This document shows, in pieces, positions 48,316-59,124 of a stretch of DNA of 64,000 nt. Location: NCBI GenBank assembly GCA_020725645.1, contig DYEQ01000031.1:6062-70061 (forward strand), given 5' to 3'. The notes beneath the pieces were generated by a model. That model was given only the letters and a program-made list of their open reading frames with translations, was not told the origin of the DNA and did not search any database. Numbering within the stretch: position 1 is the first letter of the stretch; each line of letters starts with the position of its first letter. Source of the DNA: Candidatus Fermentithermobacillaceae bacterium (GTDB taxonomy: Bacteria > Bacillota > Sulfobacillia > Fermentithermobacillales > DUSS01). Both the position numbers and the translations under genes were made by a program.

Positions 48316-50697
48316 TTAGCTCATAACCTGGGGCTGCTGACTGACCTGGCGCTCCGAAGGCATGTACTCCACCGTGCTTTCGGCGGCATCGACCATCACG
48401 TTCTCCAGCACCTGGTCCATGTGGTCCACCAAGATGATCCGGAGTTCTTTCCTGATATGCTCGGGGATTTCTTCTACGTCCTTCTCGTTCTCAGACGGAA
48501 GAACCACTTTGTAGATGCCCGCACGATGAGCTGCGAGGACCTTCTCCTTGACACCGCCGATGGGAAGCACCCGGCCTCTGAGGGTAATCTCCCCTGTCAT
48601 GGCCAGGTCGTGCCTCACAGCTCGCCCCGTGAGAGCTGAGGCAATAGCTGAGGCCATCGTAATCCCCGCGGAAGGACCGTCCTTGGGGATGGATCCTTCG
48701 GGAACGTGAACGTGAATGTCATTGTGCTCGTAAAAGTCATCGTCGAGCCCGAGCTCCCGGGACCGCGATCTGAGGTAGCTCAGCGCCGCCTGAGCTGACT
48801 CTTTCATCACGTCGCCGAGCTGCCCGGTGAGGATGAGATTGCCCTTACCTTTTACCACCGAGACCTCGACTGCCATAACTTCGCCTCCGGCCTCGGTTAC
48901 CGCCAGAGCGAGAGCTACGCCGATCTGGTTTTCCCTTTCGATGTACTCCCGGTGGAACCTGGGAATTCCAAGGTACTTCTTGAGGGACTTGGAAGTAATC
49001 CGCCTCTTCTTGCACTTCCCGCTCACGATCTCCCTCGCGGTTTTCCGGCAAATCGTCGCGATTTGCCTCTCCAGGTTCCTGACCCCCGCTTCCCTGGTAT
49101 AGGAACGTATCATCTCCCTAAAAGCTTCATCGCGAATGATCAAGTTGTCCTGAGTAAGCCCGTGTTCTCTGAGCTCTTTCGGGTAGAGGAACCTCCTGGC
49201 TATTTCCATCTTCTCTTCCTCGGTGTAGCCCGGCAGGTTGATGACCTCCATCCTGTCGACCAGGGCCCGGGGAATGGTGTGAACCACATTGGCCGTGGTG
49301 ATGAACATCACCTGGGATAGATCGAAGGGGATCTCGAGGTAGTGATCGGAAAAGCTCCAGTTCTGCTCAGGGTCGAGAACCTCGAGGAGCGCAGCGGCGG
49401 GATCTCCGCGGAAATCCGAAGCCATTTTGTCCACTTCATCCATTAGAAATACGGGATTCTTGGAACCGGCGTTTTTCATACCCTGGATGATCCTGCCCGG
49501 CAGAGCACCCACGTACGTCCTTCGATGACCCCTGATCTCAGCTTCGTCCCTGACACCGCCCAGGGATATGCGGACGAACTTGCGTCCCAGTGCCCTGGCG
49601 ATGGACTTGGCCAGCGAAGTCTTGCCTACTCCGGGTGGACCCACGAAGCACAAAATCGGGCCCTTGGGTTTTTCCACCAGCTGCCTTATGGCCAGGTACT
49701 CAAGGATTCGTTCTTTGACCTCCGTCAGACCGTAGTGGTCCTCGTCGAGGATCTTCTGGGCGAGGTTCAGGTCGCGGCTGTCCTCGGTCACGGTTGTCCA
49801 GGGAAGAGAGAGAATCCAATCGAGATAGGTCCGTACTACCACCGCTTCGGCTGCGGCGGGGGGCATCTTTTCGAGCCGGTCCACCTCGTGGAGAGCCTTG
49901 TCCGCTACTTCCTTGGGGAGTTTCGCCTCAGCTATTTTCTTTCTATATTCCTCCGCCTCGGATAACTCGTCGCCCGTATCCCCCAGCTCTTTTTGTATCG
50001 CTTTGAGCTGTTCTCTAAGCCAGTATTCCTTCTGCGTCCTTTCGATTTCTTTCTTTACGCGCATGTTGATCCGCTTTTCTAGGGACACGATCTCTATTTC
50101 CCTGGCCATTATGTCTAAAACCTTCTCCACCCGCTCCCTTACGGGAACGCATTCGAGAATGGCCTGCTTGTCCTCGAGGCCGACCCTGAGGTGAGAAGCT
50201 ATGAAGTCGCACAGGTCACCGGGGTCGCTGATGGTGGCCAGCGAAATCAACACTTCCGCCGGGACTTTTTTCACCCGGATATACTCCTCATAATGCTCAA
50301 CCAGGGCTTTAACCAATAGGTCCCTTTCCTTCTCGGACACGGGAGCGCCCACCAGCTCACTGACGGAAACTACGTTGGCGGGCTCCCTTGAAACAGAAGC
50401 GGTGATTTCGACTCTGGTTTTCCCCTCCAGCATCACCCTGAGGTTCCCGGAAGCAGTCGTAGCAGCTTCTTTAATGAGAGCTAGGGTACCTACGGATTGC
50501 ACTTCTTCAGGAGCGGGGTCGAGAACCTCCGCGTTCTTCTGCGAAGATGCAACGACTAGGGAGTCGCGGGAAAGCGCGACGTTTATAGCTTCCTTCGATT
50601 TGGGACGACCTATCTCCATAACCACGCTGGTCTTGGGAAAAAGGATCATATTTCTGAGAGGAAGCAAAGGATACGATTTCATCTGGGCATCCGTCAC
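48316..50697 (-). CDS. lon: ATP-dependent Lon protease (LonA)
   Basis: [27 protein letters not shown] (Ser), GVKEK (Lys). Confidence 0.97.
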   Translation of the reverse strand: MTDAQMKSYPLLPLRNMILFPKTSVVMEIGRPKSKEAINVALSRDSLVVASSQKNAEVLDPAPEEVQSVGTLALIKEAATTASGNLRVMLEGKTRVEITASVSREPANVVSVSELVGAPVSEKERDLLVKALVEHYEEYIRVKKVPAEVLISLATISDPGDLCDFIASHLRVGLEDKQAILECVPVRERVEKVLDIMAREIEIVSLEKRINMRVKKEIERTQKEYWLREQLKAIQKELGDTGDELSEAEEYRKKIAEAKLPKEVADKALHEVDRLEKMPPAAAEAVVVRTYLDWILSLPWTTVTEDSRDLNLAQKILDEDHYGLTEVKERILEYLAIRQLVEKPKGPILCFVGPPGVGKTSLAKSIARALGRKFVRISLGGVRDEAEIRGHRRTYVGALPGRIIQGMKNAGSKNPVFLMDEVDKMASDFRGDPAAALLEVLDPEQNWSFSDHYLEIPFDLSQVMFITTANVVHTIPRALVDRMEVINLPGYTEEEKMEIARRFLYPKELREHGLTQDNLIIRDEAFREMIRSYTREAGVRNLERQIATICRKTAREIVSGKCKKRRITSKSLKKYLGIPRFHREYIERENQIGVALALAVTEAGGEVMAVEVSVVKGKGNLILTGQLGDVMKESAQAALSYLRSRSRELGLDDDFYEHNDIHVHVPEGSIPKDGPSAGITMASAIASALTGRAVRHDLAMTGEITLRGRVLPIGGVKEKVLAAHRAGIYKVVLPSENEKDVEEIPEHIRKELRIILVDHMDQVLENVMVDAAESTVEYMPSERQVSQQPQVMS

Positions 50698-51009
50698 CTA
50701 AGTCACCTCCCCTTTCATGGGGGCCACTTTCATGGTATTAAACCGGAACCGGTTATGACATGGCGAAATCCAGCGTGTACAAGTACAGTAGCTATTTCGA
50801 TGTCGAAAGCGGATTTCCTTTAGAAAGATTGACCCGGAAAGCGATCACAGAGCGGAAAGTAATGGATGTAGGGGTGACCGTCGCATCCAGAGACTGGAGC
50901 GGTATCGAACGTCACGGCGTCCGGCAAGGTGGTTCACGTTCGGTTTGTGGGCCAGGGCAGGACGGCACCAGTCTCGTCCGTCCCGGACGAAGCAGCGCGG
51001 GGACGGAAA

Positions 51010-52725
51010 CTAGGCTTGGTCCGAAAAGCCCCGGGGCCGGGAAACTAGAGCGGTTTCGGAAGAAGCAGCCGCGCTAGCCGCGAATATCGCGGCTTTGGAC
51101 CTGACCGGTGCCGGCCCATCAACGACCAGGGCAAGCGCTTCCTCCAGGGAGGAGACGGGTACCACCTCGATGCCCGCGGCCCGGACGAACCGCTCCTGCC
51201 AGTTGTCCCTGGGTATGAGGACACGGTTCAGTCCCGCTTCCCGCCCCGCTCTGATCTTCTCTTCTATCCCACCGACCGGTCTCACCGCACCGGTGATGGA
51301 GATCTCGCCGGTCATAGCGGTAGATGCCTCGAGAGGAACCCTCTTAATCGCCGAATACACCGCCGCCGCTATCGCCAGCCCTGCTGACGGTCCGTCCACC
51401 GGAACCCCGCCAGGGAAATTCACGTGGATGTCATGGACAAAGGGATTTGCGTCGGTAACCACCCGCAACGCGGTCCTAACGTTTTCCACGGAAGCGTAGA
51501 CCATGCTCTTCCGTCGCAGAGTTCGGCCGCGATGCCCGAGCTCTTCTTCTTCGATGATTCCCGTGACCGTGATGTCTCCCCTTTGGCCGCTCGCGGGAAC
51601 GGACTGAGCTTCCACGTCGATGACCGAAGCGAGACCCGGCCCTAACACCGCAAGACCCAGAGCTACACCTATCGCCGGCTGCCCGAAGGATCTTTTCTTT
51701 TGCCTGGGCGCAAGCTGAGAGAACGAGATGACCCATTCAACGTCCTCCGAGGTTACGTTGGTCCTCCCCTCGGACAGGGCGAGACCTGCGGCGATCTCCA
51801 GCATGTTCACGACTTCTCTCCCGTTGGACGCATAATCCCTGAGAAGGAGCTTGGCGCCCTCTTCTAAGGAGACGCCGGCTTTCCTGGCGGCGATTTCCGA
51901 AATGCGGGCGATCTCACCGGGTCCGAGAGCACGGAAGAACACCTCGGCGCACCTGCACCTCAGCGCCTGAGGGATTTCCTCGGGAGGTCTCGTGGTGGCC
52001 GCGACCAGCCTAAAGTCTGCGGGCAATCCGTTTTGGAAGATATCGTGGATGTAGGCGGGAATGCTCGAGTCATCCCTGGAGTAGTAGGCGCTTTCCAGAA
52101 ACACTTTCCTGTCTTCAAGCACCTTCAGGAGCTTATTCATCTGAACCGGATGAAGTTCCCCGATTTCGTCGATGAACAGTATTCCCCCGTGAGCTTTGGT
52201 CACCGCTCCGGGTTTGGGCTGAGGTATCCCGGCCATGCCCAGAGGCCCCGCTCCCTGGTAGATTGGATCGTGTACGGACCCTATAAGGGGATCAGCTATA
52301 CCTCGTTCGTCGAAACGCAAGGTAGTGGCATCGATTTCTACGAAGGCCGCTTCCGGGCCGAAGGGCGAGGCGGGGTTTTTCTTAGCCTCCTCCAGCACCA
52401 GCCTGGCGGCGGTGGTCTTCCCTACCCCTGGAGGCCCGTACATGATAACGTGCTGGGGATTGGGTCCGCAAAGGCATGCTCGCAACGCCTTGATTCCGTC
52501 TTCCTGGCCGACTACGTCGGCGAAGGATGTGGGTCTGGTCTTCTCCGAAAGCGGCTCGGTGAGTTTGATTTGCCTGAGGTGTCTGAGCTTCTCGATCTCC
52601 CTTTGCGCCTCTTTGCCCATGGCCACACGCGGAGCTTCCCTGGTTCTTGTCGAATGAACCAGGTAGACGACGAGCGCCACGGCCAGGGCAAGCTGCAAAT
52701 AGAAGACCCCATCCAAAGCGATCAC
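51010..52725 (-). CDS. lonB: Sporulation Lon-like protease LonB
   Basis: N-terminal TM, LTEPLSEKTRP, CGPNPQHV, DERGIADPLIGSVHDPIYQGAG, DGPSAG; between clpX and lon as in B. subtilis. Confidence 0.92.
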   Translation of the reverse strand: MIALDGVFYLQLALAVALVVYLVHSTRTREAPRVAMGKEAQREIEKLRHLRQIKLTEPLSEKTRPTSFADVVGQEDGIKALRACLCGPNPQHVIMYGPPGVGKTTAARLVLEEAKKNPASPFGPEAAFVEIDATTLRFDERGIADPLIGSVHDPIYQGAGPLGMAGIPQPKPGAVTKAHGGILFIDEIGELHPVQMNKLLKVLEDRKVFLESAYYSRDDSSIPAYIHDIFQNGLPADFRLVAATTRPPEEIPQALRCRCAEVFFRALGPGEIARISEIAARKAGVSLEEGAKLLLRDYASNGREVVNMLEIAAGLALSEGRTNVTSEDVEWVISFSQLAPRQKKRSFGQPAIGVALGLAVLGPGLASVIDVEAQSVPASGQRGDITVTGIIEEEELGHRGRTLRRKSMVYASVENVRTALRVVTDANPFVHDIHVNFPGGVPVDGPSAGLAIAAAVYSAIKRVPLEASTAMTGEISITGAVRPVGGIEEKIRAGREAGLNRVLIPRDNWQERFVRAAGIEVVPVSSLEEALALVVDGPAPVRSKAAIFAASAAASSETALVSRPRGFSDQA

Positions 52726-52826
52726 CCGGTGAAAGTTTGCGCCTCACCGGGTGGGTTTATAGCCGCACCGAGGCCCGGAAAAGCCCGGAACAAGCTCTTG
52801 CCGGACGAACCGCGTCTGGAGGGGGA

Positions 52827-54086
52827 CTACGCGGTTTCCTCCTTCTTACGCGGCTTCTTTTCGACACTCACCAGTATGGGCGGTTCACCTTTAAGAACGG
52901 TTTCCTTCGTTATGATGCACTTGGTCACATCACGCCTGCTTGGTAAGTCGTACATGATATCCAGCATCTTTTCCTCAAGAACCGCCCTCAGCCCGCGAGC
53001 CCCGGTCCCTCGCTTTATCGCCTCTTTCGCCACCGACCGGATGGCCTCATCGGTGAACTCCAAGTTGACCCCGTCCAAAGCAAACATCCTCTGATATTGT
53101 TTTATCAGGGCGTTTTTGGGCTCTACCAGGATTCGTACCAGGTCATCTTCGCTAAGAGCGTCGAATGTCACGATGACGGGGACGCGCCCGATGAACTCGG
53201 GGATCATCCCGAACTTCAACAGGTCCTGGGGGAGGATCTGCGACAGGATTTCGCCGACGTTGTACTCGGTCCTGGGCCTGACCTCGGCCTTGAATCCCAG
53301 TACTTTTTGGCCGATCCTCGCCTGGATGATCTTCTCGATGGACTCAAAAGAACCGCCGCATATGAACAGGATGTTCGTGGTATCCACCTGAATGAACTCC
53401 TGGTGAGGGTGCTTGCGACCCCCTTGCGGCGGGACGTTGGCCACCGTACCCTCCAGTATTTTAAGGAGAGCTTGTTGGACGCCCTCGCCCGACACGTCCC
53501 TGGTTATGGACGGATTCTCCGACTTCCTGGCTATCTTGTCTATCTCATCGATGTAGACGATGCCCTTCTCCGCCTTCTCGATGTCGTAGTCGGCCGCCTG
53601 AACCAGCCTGAGAAGGATGTTCTCAACGTCCTCCCCGACGTAGCCCGCTTCCGTCAGAGTCGTCGCATCGGCGATGGCGAACGGGACCTTCAGGAATCTC
53701 GCGAGGGTCTCGGCAAGGTACGTCTTGCCGCTACCGGTGGGCCCCAGCATCAGAATGTTGGACTTCTGGATCTCCACATCGTCAAAGTGACCCGCCCTGG
53801 CGATTCGCTTGTAATGGTTGTACACAGCTACAGAAAGGATTTTCTTTGCCCGCTCCTGGCCGATGACGTACTGGTCGAGATAAGCTTTGATCTCCGCGGG
53901 CTTGGGTAGATCCCGGACCTCGAGCTCAGCTTCTTCAGCTAGTTCCTCCCCGATGATTTCCGAGCAAAGTTCGATGCACTCGTCGCAAATGTATACACCG
54001 GGCCCAGCTATGAGTCTCTTAACCTGGTCCTGATACTTCCCGCAAAATGAACACTTCAGGCCCTTTTGTTCCTCGAATTTAAACAT
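52827..54086 (-). CDS. clpX: ATP-dependent Clp protease ATPase subunit ClpX
   Basis: [37 protein letters not shown] loop. Confidence 0.98.
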   Translation of the reverse strand: MFKFEEQKGLKCSFCGKYQDQVKRLIAGPGVYICDECIELCSEIIGEELAEEAELEVRDLPKPAEIKAYLDQYVIGQERAKKILSVAVYNHYKRIARAGHFDDVEIQKSNILMLGPTGSGKTYLAETLARFLKVPFAIADATTLTEAGYVGEDVENILLRLVQAADYDIEKAEKGIVYIDEIDKIARKSENPSITRDVSGEGVQQALLKILEGTVANVPPQGGRKHPHQEFIQVDTTNILFICGGSFESIEKIIQARIGQKVLGFKAEVRPRTEYNVGEILSQILPQDLLKFGMIPEFIGRVPVIVTFDALSEDDLVRILVEPKNALIKQYQRMFALDGVNLEFTDEAIRSVAKEAIKRGTGARGLRAVLEEKMLDIMYDLPSRRDVTKCIITKETVLKGEPPILVSVEKKPRKKEETA

Positions 54087-54134
54087 GCTTCCACCCCGTT
54101 TGTGAATAAAGCCCGGCTATATCTACTCTTCCAC

Positions 54135-54166
54135 TATCCCTCTATTCCTTTATCCCTCTATTCCTT
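54135..54166. repeat. Exact 16-bp tandem duplication spanning the clpP stop codon
   Basis: TATCCCTCTATTCCTT at 54135-54150 and 54151-54166. Confidence 0.85.
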
Positions 54167-54757
54167 CGCCTTAGCGACCGGCTGAAGAATCGCGTCGACA
54201 AGACCATACGCTTTCGCTTCTTCAGCGTTCATCCAGAAATCCCTTTCGGTATCTTTTTCTATTTTCTCGATAGGCTGGCCTGTGTGCTTAGCCAGAATCC
54301 TGTTAATGAGCTCTTTGGTCCGGAGTATCTCTTTAGCTGCGATCTGAACCTCGGTGGCCTGACCCTGCACCCCTCCAAGAGGTTGATGAATCAGGGTCTT
54401 CGAGTTAGGCAGGCAAAACCTTCGACCTTTGGTCCCTCCGGCCAGAACGACCGCAGCTATGCTCGCCGCAAGACCCACGCAAATGGTGGAAACCGGCGGT
54501 CGAATGTGCTGGATGGTATCGTATATTGCGAGACCCGCCGTGACCGAACCCCCGGGGGAGTTGATATACAAGGATATCTCCTTGTCCGGATCTTCCGCTT
54601 GAAGGAAAAGAAGCTGGGCCACGACCAGGTTACCGACCTGGTCATCCACGGGGGTCCCCAGGAAGATTATCCGGTCTTTAAGAAGCCTCGAGTAGATATC
54701 GTAAGCTCTCTCCCCGCGACCGGTTTGTTCTATCACCATAGGAATGAGATAACTCAT
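54158..54757 (-). CDS. clpP: Clp protease proteolytic subunit
   Basis: [28 protein letters not shown] catalytic triad. Confidence 0.98.
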   Translation of the reverse strand: MSYLIPMVIEQTGRGERAYDIYSRLLKDRIIFLGTPVDDQVGNLVVAQLLFLQAEDPDKEISLYINSPGGSVTAGLAIYDTIQHIRPPVSTICVGLAASIAAVVLAGGTKGRRFCLPNSKTLIHQPLGGVQGQATEVQIAAKEILRTKELINRILAKHTGQPIEKIEKDTERDFWMNAEEAKAYGLVDAILQPVAKAKE

Positions 54758-54777
54758 CTCTTTTCCCCTCCCCAGCC

Positions 54778-56361
54778 CTACATCTTTTCTGGTTCTCCTG
54801 TCACCTGAGACGGCCCTTGCTCCTCCTGAGCCCCTGTCTCCGGCACCCGTTGCCCCTGGTCCGCTTCCCCGGTACCTTTTACTTCAGTTGTTTTGGGGTT
54901 CACGATAGCTTCGGGTACGGGCTTTCCTGCTCTTTCCGCCGCCTCCAACGCTATCTTCCTCAAAGTTTGAGACCGGATCAACTCTCTCTTGACCCCGTCC
55001 ATGACACCCCGCATTTCCAGAGTAGCTTTCACGCTATCTTCGTCTCTGCCGGTATCTTTAGCGATACCGGACACCACTGCCTTTACCTGCTCCTCGTCGG
55101 CCTGGATGCCTTCCCGTTCAGCGATGGCATCCAAGATGAGCTCGAGTTTGAGCTGCCTGTTCGCTCTCTCTTTCAAATCTGACACTATTGTTTCCCACGT
55201 GAGGCCCGTCCGCCTTAAGTAATCTTCTGGCTTGACTCCCATCTTCTCAAGGTCGCGAAGGAAATCATCCAGAAGAGTCCTGGTGCGGTTCTCGATCATG
55301 ACTTCCGGTATTTCGACCAAGCCTTTTTCTAAGAGAGCGTCCTCAACCTTTCCGGTGTGAGCTCTCCAGGCGCGCTCGAGCTTTTGCGACTTGATGAAGG
55401 ACTCTACGTCTTTTTCCATTTCTTCCATCGAAGGCTTGCCCACTTCTCCCAGGAACTCTTCGTCCGTTGGCATGTGCTTCGAATATGCCTCAAGGACTTT
55501 CACCTGGAACCTAGCCTCCACGGTCCTGGTTTCGCCTTCCGGGGTGACACCCTCAACGCCGGATTCAGCGTCTTGGGGTTTCTCGCCTTTTGGTTGGCCT
55601 TCGTGTTCGGGAGCCCCGGGCTCATCACCGGCAGTTGCTCCTTCACCGGCCGGCTCGACCTGGAGCTTTTCTTCAGACTTTTTCGCTCTTACAAGATATT
55701 TACCGGTGAATTCCCGGGATTCGCCCTTCTTCATCTCGACCAGTGTAGCTGCAAGACCCGGGATGAGCGGATGCTCTTCGGAACCGACCTTAACCAGATC
55801 AAGGTCCCGATCTAACTCGACCGAGACCTCGCCTCCCTCAAGCCCCTTGACGTGAACTCGCGCATAGTCCCCTTCCTTTAAAGGCTGGTCAGCTGGAAGG
55901 ATATCGAGGTGGGCAAGGCTTTCTCTGGTTCTCTTGATTCCCTCCTCCACTTCGTCCCGGCTGACGCTGACTTCCGGAAAGGGAATCGCTATGGATTCGT
56001 AGTCGCCCGGCTGCGCTTTCGGTCGTACGGGCACGACTGCTTTAAAACGAAGGGGTTGGCCCGGTTCGACAGTTATGTCTTTGAACTCGGGTTCTCCGAC
56101 CACATCGAGGGATAGCTCCTCCTTAGCTTTCTCGTAAAGCTCCAGCACGGCATACCTCTCCGCTTCCTCGCACAGAGCACGCTTGCCCACGTGCCGTTCC
56201 AGGATGTGCCTTGGTGCCTTCCCCCTGCGCCACCCCGGTACATCCACTCGCTTTACAAGACGCCGGTAAGCTTTATCAAGAGCTTCGCTTACGAACTCCG
56301 GCGTTTCTTCCACCGTGATCTCCACAAGTGATCCTGGCAGCTCTTGTTTTGAAACGTTCAC
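54778..56361 (-). CDS. tig: Trigger factor (divergent, with insertion)
   Basis: [10 protein letters not shown] ribosome-binding loop, C-terminal [12 protein letters not shown]; precedes clpP. GTG start after GGAGGGG. Confidence 0.9.
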   Translation of the reverse strand: MNVSKQELPGSLVEITVEETPEFVSEALDKAYRRLVKRVDVPGWRRGKAPRHILERHVGKRALCEEAERYAVLELYEKAKEELSLDVVGEPEFKDITVEPGQPLRFKAVVPVRPKAQPGDYESIAIPFPEVSVSRDEVEEGIKRTRESLAHLDILPADQPLKEGDYARVHVKGLEGGEVSVELDRDLDLVKVGSEEHPLIPGLAATLVEMKKGESREFTGKYLVRAKKSEEKLQVEPAGEGATAGDEPGAPEHEGQPKGEKPQDAESGVEGVTPEGETRTVEARFQVKVLEAYSKHMPTDEEFLGEVGKPSMEEMEKDVESFIKSQKLERAWRAHTGKVEDALLEKGLVEIPEVMIENRTRTLLDDFLRDLEKMGVKPEDYLRRTGLTWETIVSDLKERANRQLKLELILDAIAEREGIQADEEQVKAVVSGIAKDTGRDEDSVKATLEMRGVMDGVKRELIRSQTLRKIALEAAERAGKPVPEAIVNPKTTEVKGTGEADQGQRVPETGAQEEQGPSQVTGEPEKM

Positions 56362-56599
56362 GAAAACCCCTCCGTTCACGTACCGGCTTTCCCGTGACCG
56401 TTATCGTCATCGCTTTTCCAGTACTTTGAGAACAGCTGCTTTCCTGCGAGTGTTTCAACCCAGGATATTCCAGGGTGCTACTTCCATGCTCGGCATCCCC
56501 GCTTCTTACCTGGAGTCCCGCACCGGGGCACACAAATGAACATACACCAAAACCCGCACTGCGTGAAATGCTCCCTCTATGAGATATGCCCCCAGACAT

Positions 56600-56625
56600 A
56601 CAAAAAAGCGGCTTGGCCGCTTTGA
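56600..56625 (-). terminator. Terminator after the tRNA operon
   Basis: AAAGCGGC-CAA-GCCGCTTT then TTTG. Confidence 0.75.
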
Positions 56626-56626
56626 C

Positions 56627-56711
56627 TGGTGCGAGGGAGGGGATTTGAACCCCTACGCCTTGCGGCACTGGATCCTAAGTCCAGCTCGTCTGCCAGTTCC
56701 GACACCCTCGC
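56627..56711 (-). tRNA. tRNA-Leu (TAG)
   Basis: Cloverleaf with long variable arm, anticodon arm CTGGA-CTTAGGA-TCCAG, CCA end. Confidence 0.96.
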
Positions 56712-56747
56712 ATACACGCCAATTTGCGAAACGGCGAGACAAAGAAC

Positions 56748-56822
56748 TGGTGGGCCATGATGGGATCGAACCATCGACTCCCCGCTTAAAAGGCGGGTGC
56801 TCTACCACTGAGCTAATGGCCC
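56748..56822 (-). tRNA. tRNA-Lys (TTT)
   Basis: Anticodon arm CCCGC-CTTTTAA-GCGGG, CCA end. Confidence 0.96.
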
Positions 56823-56826
56823 ACAC

Positions 56827-56901
56827 TGGCTGGGGCGGCAGGATTCGAACCTGCGAATGTCAGCTCCAAAGGCTGATGCCTTTCCGCTTGGCGACGCCCC
56901 A
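56827..56901 (-). tRNA. tRNA-Gln (TTG)
   Basis: U1-A72, anticodon arm TCAGC-CTTTGGA-GCTGA, GCCA end. Confidence 0.96.
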
Positions 56902-56904
56902 TCG

Positions 56905-56982
56905 TGGTGCGCCCGGCAGGACTCGAACCTGCAACCTTCAGATCCGAAGTCTGCAGCTCTGTCCAGATTGAGCTACGGGCGC
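56905..56982 (-). tRNA. tRNA-Arg (TCG)
   Basis: Anticodon loop CTTCGGA, CCA end. Confidence 0.94.
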
Positions 56983-57042
56983 CTTCCAGACCAAGCAATG
57001 CGAGCTCCACAAGGGAGCTCTCACAAAGCTTATCAAAAAAGT

Positions 57043-57120
57043 TGGGGTGAATGAGGGGACTTGAACCCCCGACCTCCAGGGCCACAACCTGGCGCTCTAG
57101 CCGACTGAGCTACATCCACC
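57043..57120 (-). tRNA. tRNA-His (GTG), including G-1
   Basis: CCAGG-TTGTGGC-CCTGG, C73 and encoded G-1. Confidence 0.96.
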
Positions 57121-57136
57121 ACTTTGTCCCGTTCAT

Positions 57137-57212
57137 TGGTGCGCCTGGCAGGATTCGAACCTGCGACTCCCTGCTTAGAAGGCAGGTGCTCTATCCCCTG
57201 AGCTACAGGCGC
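57137..57212 (-). tRNA. tRNA-Arg (TCT)
   Basis: CCTGC-CTTCTAA-GCAGG, CCA end. Confidence 0.96.
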
Positions 57213-57215
57213 ACA

Positions 57216-57289
<74 letters not shown>

Positions 57290-57371
57290 TCGCTGCCGTG
57301 CCCTCGGGTCTAGCTCGCTCCAAAAACACCACCGGGCGTGACCGGACCTGCGACCCTGTCAGGGCATTTCG

Positions 57372-57400
57372 ATTCTACAAGAAACATCAGCGAAGGTCAA
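57372..57400 (-). promoter_or_regulatory. Sigma-A promoter of the tRNA operon
   Basis: TTGACC-N17-TAGAAT. Confidence 0.7.
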
Positions 57401-57609
57401 GAACGGGGACTTGCTGCGGACTTACTGCAGCTCGCTGTATAAGGGACCTGTTACGAGCCCCTCGTCCGTGCCTTTTCGTCCGGTTCACCGGAATGAATAA
57501 GGGAACGAAGCTCAGGTTATACAACATGTGGACGAGCTTATAAGAGTTCTCACTCGTCCACCTGAAATGAACAGGGCAACGAAGAAGAAGAAACGGGGGA
57601 GAACGGAGC

Positions 57610-58314
57610 ATGGTGGAAGACGCTCGGACCGGTACGGAGGAACAGCTTCACGGGGCAAACGTTCGACCGGACGATGCCTCAGGGTTCCGCCCGCATAACG
57701 TAAGCGGAGCCGGTAACGAAGTAGACCTCGTCGCCATAATACAGACGCTGGTGAAAAGACGGAAGATCGCGCTTGCTATTATCATCACCACGGTCATCAC
57801 CACCCTGTTTGCCAGCATAGTGGCACCCAAACGTTACGAGGCGGTCACCACCGTCTTTATTCGAGACCTGCCTCAGGCCCGGGCCGCCGGCGTCAGTCCA
57901 CAGACGCTCGCTGCTTTTGCCGTGAGCGACCGGGTTCTCGTCACCGTGGGTCAAGATACCAAACCTGCTGTTTTGAGAAGCTCGTTTAATGTGAAATTAG
58001 ATGCTGCATCGCGAGTACTGACGGTGACGGTGTGGGCTCCGAGCGCCGCTGAAGCTCGTACCAGAGCTGAGCGGTGGCTGGAAGGCTTCACCAGGGAAGC
58101 TTGCCGCATGATCGGAGTGGAACTTCAGGATACGCCGTTCGTGGAGGTATTCGCAGGTCCCGCCCTCCCGGGGCGCCCAGCTTCCCCGAGGATCGGGCTG
58201 AACCTCGCCGTCGGTACCGTCCTGGGCGCGTTCGCAGGCATCGCCGCTGCATTCGTCCTGGAGGGTCTCGAGAAAACTCGTGAACGAGGCGGCGTTGCGC
58301 TGCCGTCCTCGTGA
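57610..58314 (+). CDS. Wzz/YveK (CapA-like) polysaccharide chain-length determinant family protein
   Basis: EVDLVAIIQTLVKRRK, TM, PKRYEA; C-terminal P..PASPRIGLNLAVGTVLG..G TM. Confidence 0.8.
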   Translation: MVEDARTGTEEQLHGANVRPDDASGFRPHNVSGAGNEVDLVAIIQTLVKRRKIALAIIITTVITTLFASIVAPKRYEAVTTVFIRDLPQARAAGVSPQTLAAFAVSDRVLVTVGQDTKPAVLRSSFNVKLDAASRVLTVTVWAPSAAEARTRAERWLEGFTREACRMIGVELQDTPFVEVFAGPALPGRPASPRIGLNLAVGTVLGAFAGIAAAFVLEGLEKTRERGGVALPSS

Positions 58315-58356
58315 TCGAAGACCACAAGCCGGAAGCAGCATCGTCTCGAACCGGCA

Positions 58357-59124
58357 TCAGGAGCTTGACGCTATTAGAGCTGCGCCGTAGGCACCCATGA
58401 AGACCGACATAGGAGGGACGATGATTTCGATGCCCAGAATTCTCTCGAGGGATCTCCGCACTCCCCCGTTGAGGCTCACACCGCCAGTAAGAACTACGGG
58501 TCGCTCGATGCCGACTCTCCTTCCCATGCTAGCGATCCTGCTAGCTATGGCGTCGCACAGACCTCTGACCACCGAGCTTGCCGGTACCCCCTGAGAAATG
58601 AGGCTCACCACCTCGGACTCGGCAAAAACCGTGCAGATACTGGAGATCTTCGAAGCGTCCCGCGCATCTTCCCATTCGCTTTCGAAATCTTTGAGATCCA
58701 GCTCGAGTCTCCTCGCCATAACTTCGAGAAACCGTCCGGTCCCCGCCGCGCACTTGTCGTTCATCACAAAGTCGATAACCAGACCGGTACCGTCGAGCCG
58801 GATTACCTTAGAATCCTGACCACCGATGTCTATCACCGTCTTCGCCCCGGGTACGATCTCAAACGCGCCTCGGGCATGGCACGTTATTTCGGTGACGCTT
58901 CTCTTCCTTCCGGGGATCAGGTCGCGCCCGTAGCCGGTGGTGATTATGGAAGACACATCTTGCCGCGAGAGGCCGCAGTTCCTCAACGCGTCGTCAAGGC
59001 AAAGCGAAGCAGTGAGGGCGGGCTCTCGACCTGTTTCGGCCTTAACGGCCGCCAGGATTCTCCCGTCGGATACTACCGCAACCTTGGTAGCTCGGGAACC
59101 CGAGTCAATTCCAACGGTGATCAT
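58357..59124 (-). CDS. ATP-dependent activase (archerase; HgdC/HadI/DCCP-R family)
   Basis: GIDSGSRATK, TTGYGR, TEITCHARG, DIGGQDSK, MNDKCAAGTGRFLE, SICTVFAESEV. Confidence 0.95.
   Translation of the reverse strand: MITVGIDSGSRATKVAVVSDGRILAAVKAETGREPALTASLCLDDALRNCGLSRQDVSSIITTGYGRDLIPGRKRSVTEITCHARGAFEIVPGAKTVIDIGGQDSKVIRLDGTGLVIDFVMNDKCAAGTGRFLEVMARRLELDLKDFESEWEDARDASKISSICTVFAESEVVSLISQGVPASSVVRGLCDAIASRIASMGRRVGIERPVVLTGGVSLNGGVRRSLERILGIEIIVPPMSVFMGAYGAALIASSS

Noticed and set aside
56905-56982. tRNA-Arg(UCG) as an unusual decoder
   Set aside because: Known in Clostridia, and the cluster otherwise looks like the ordinary tRNA group upstream of tig.
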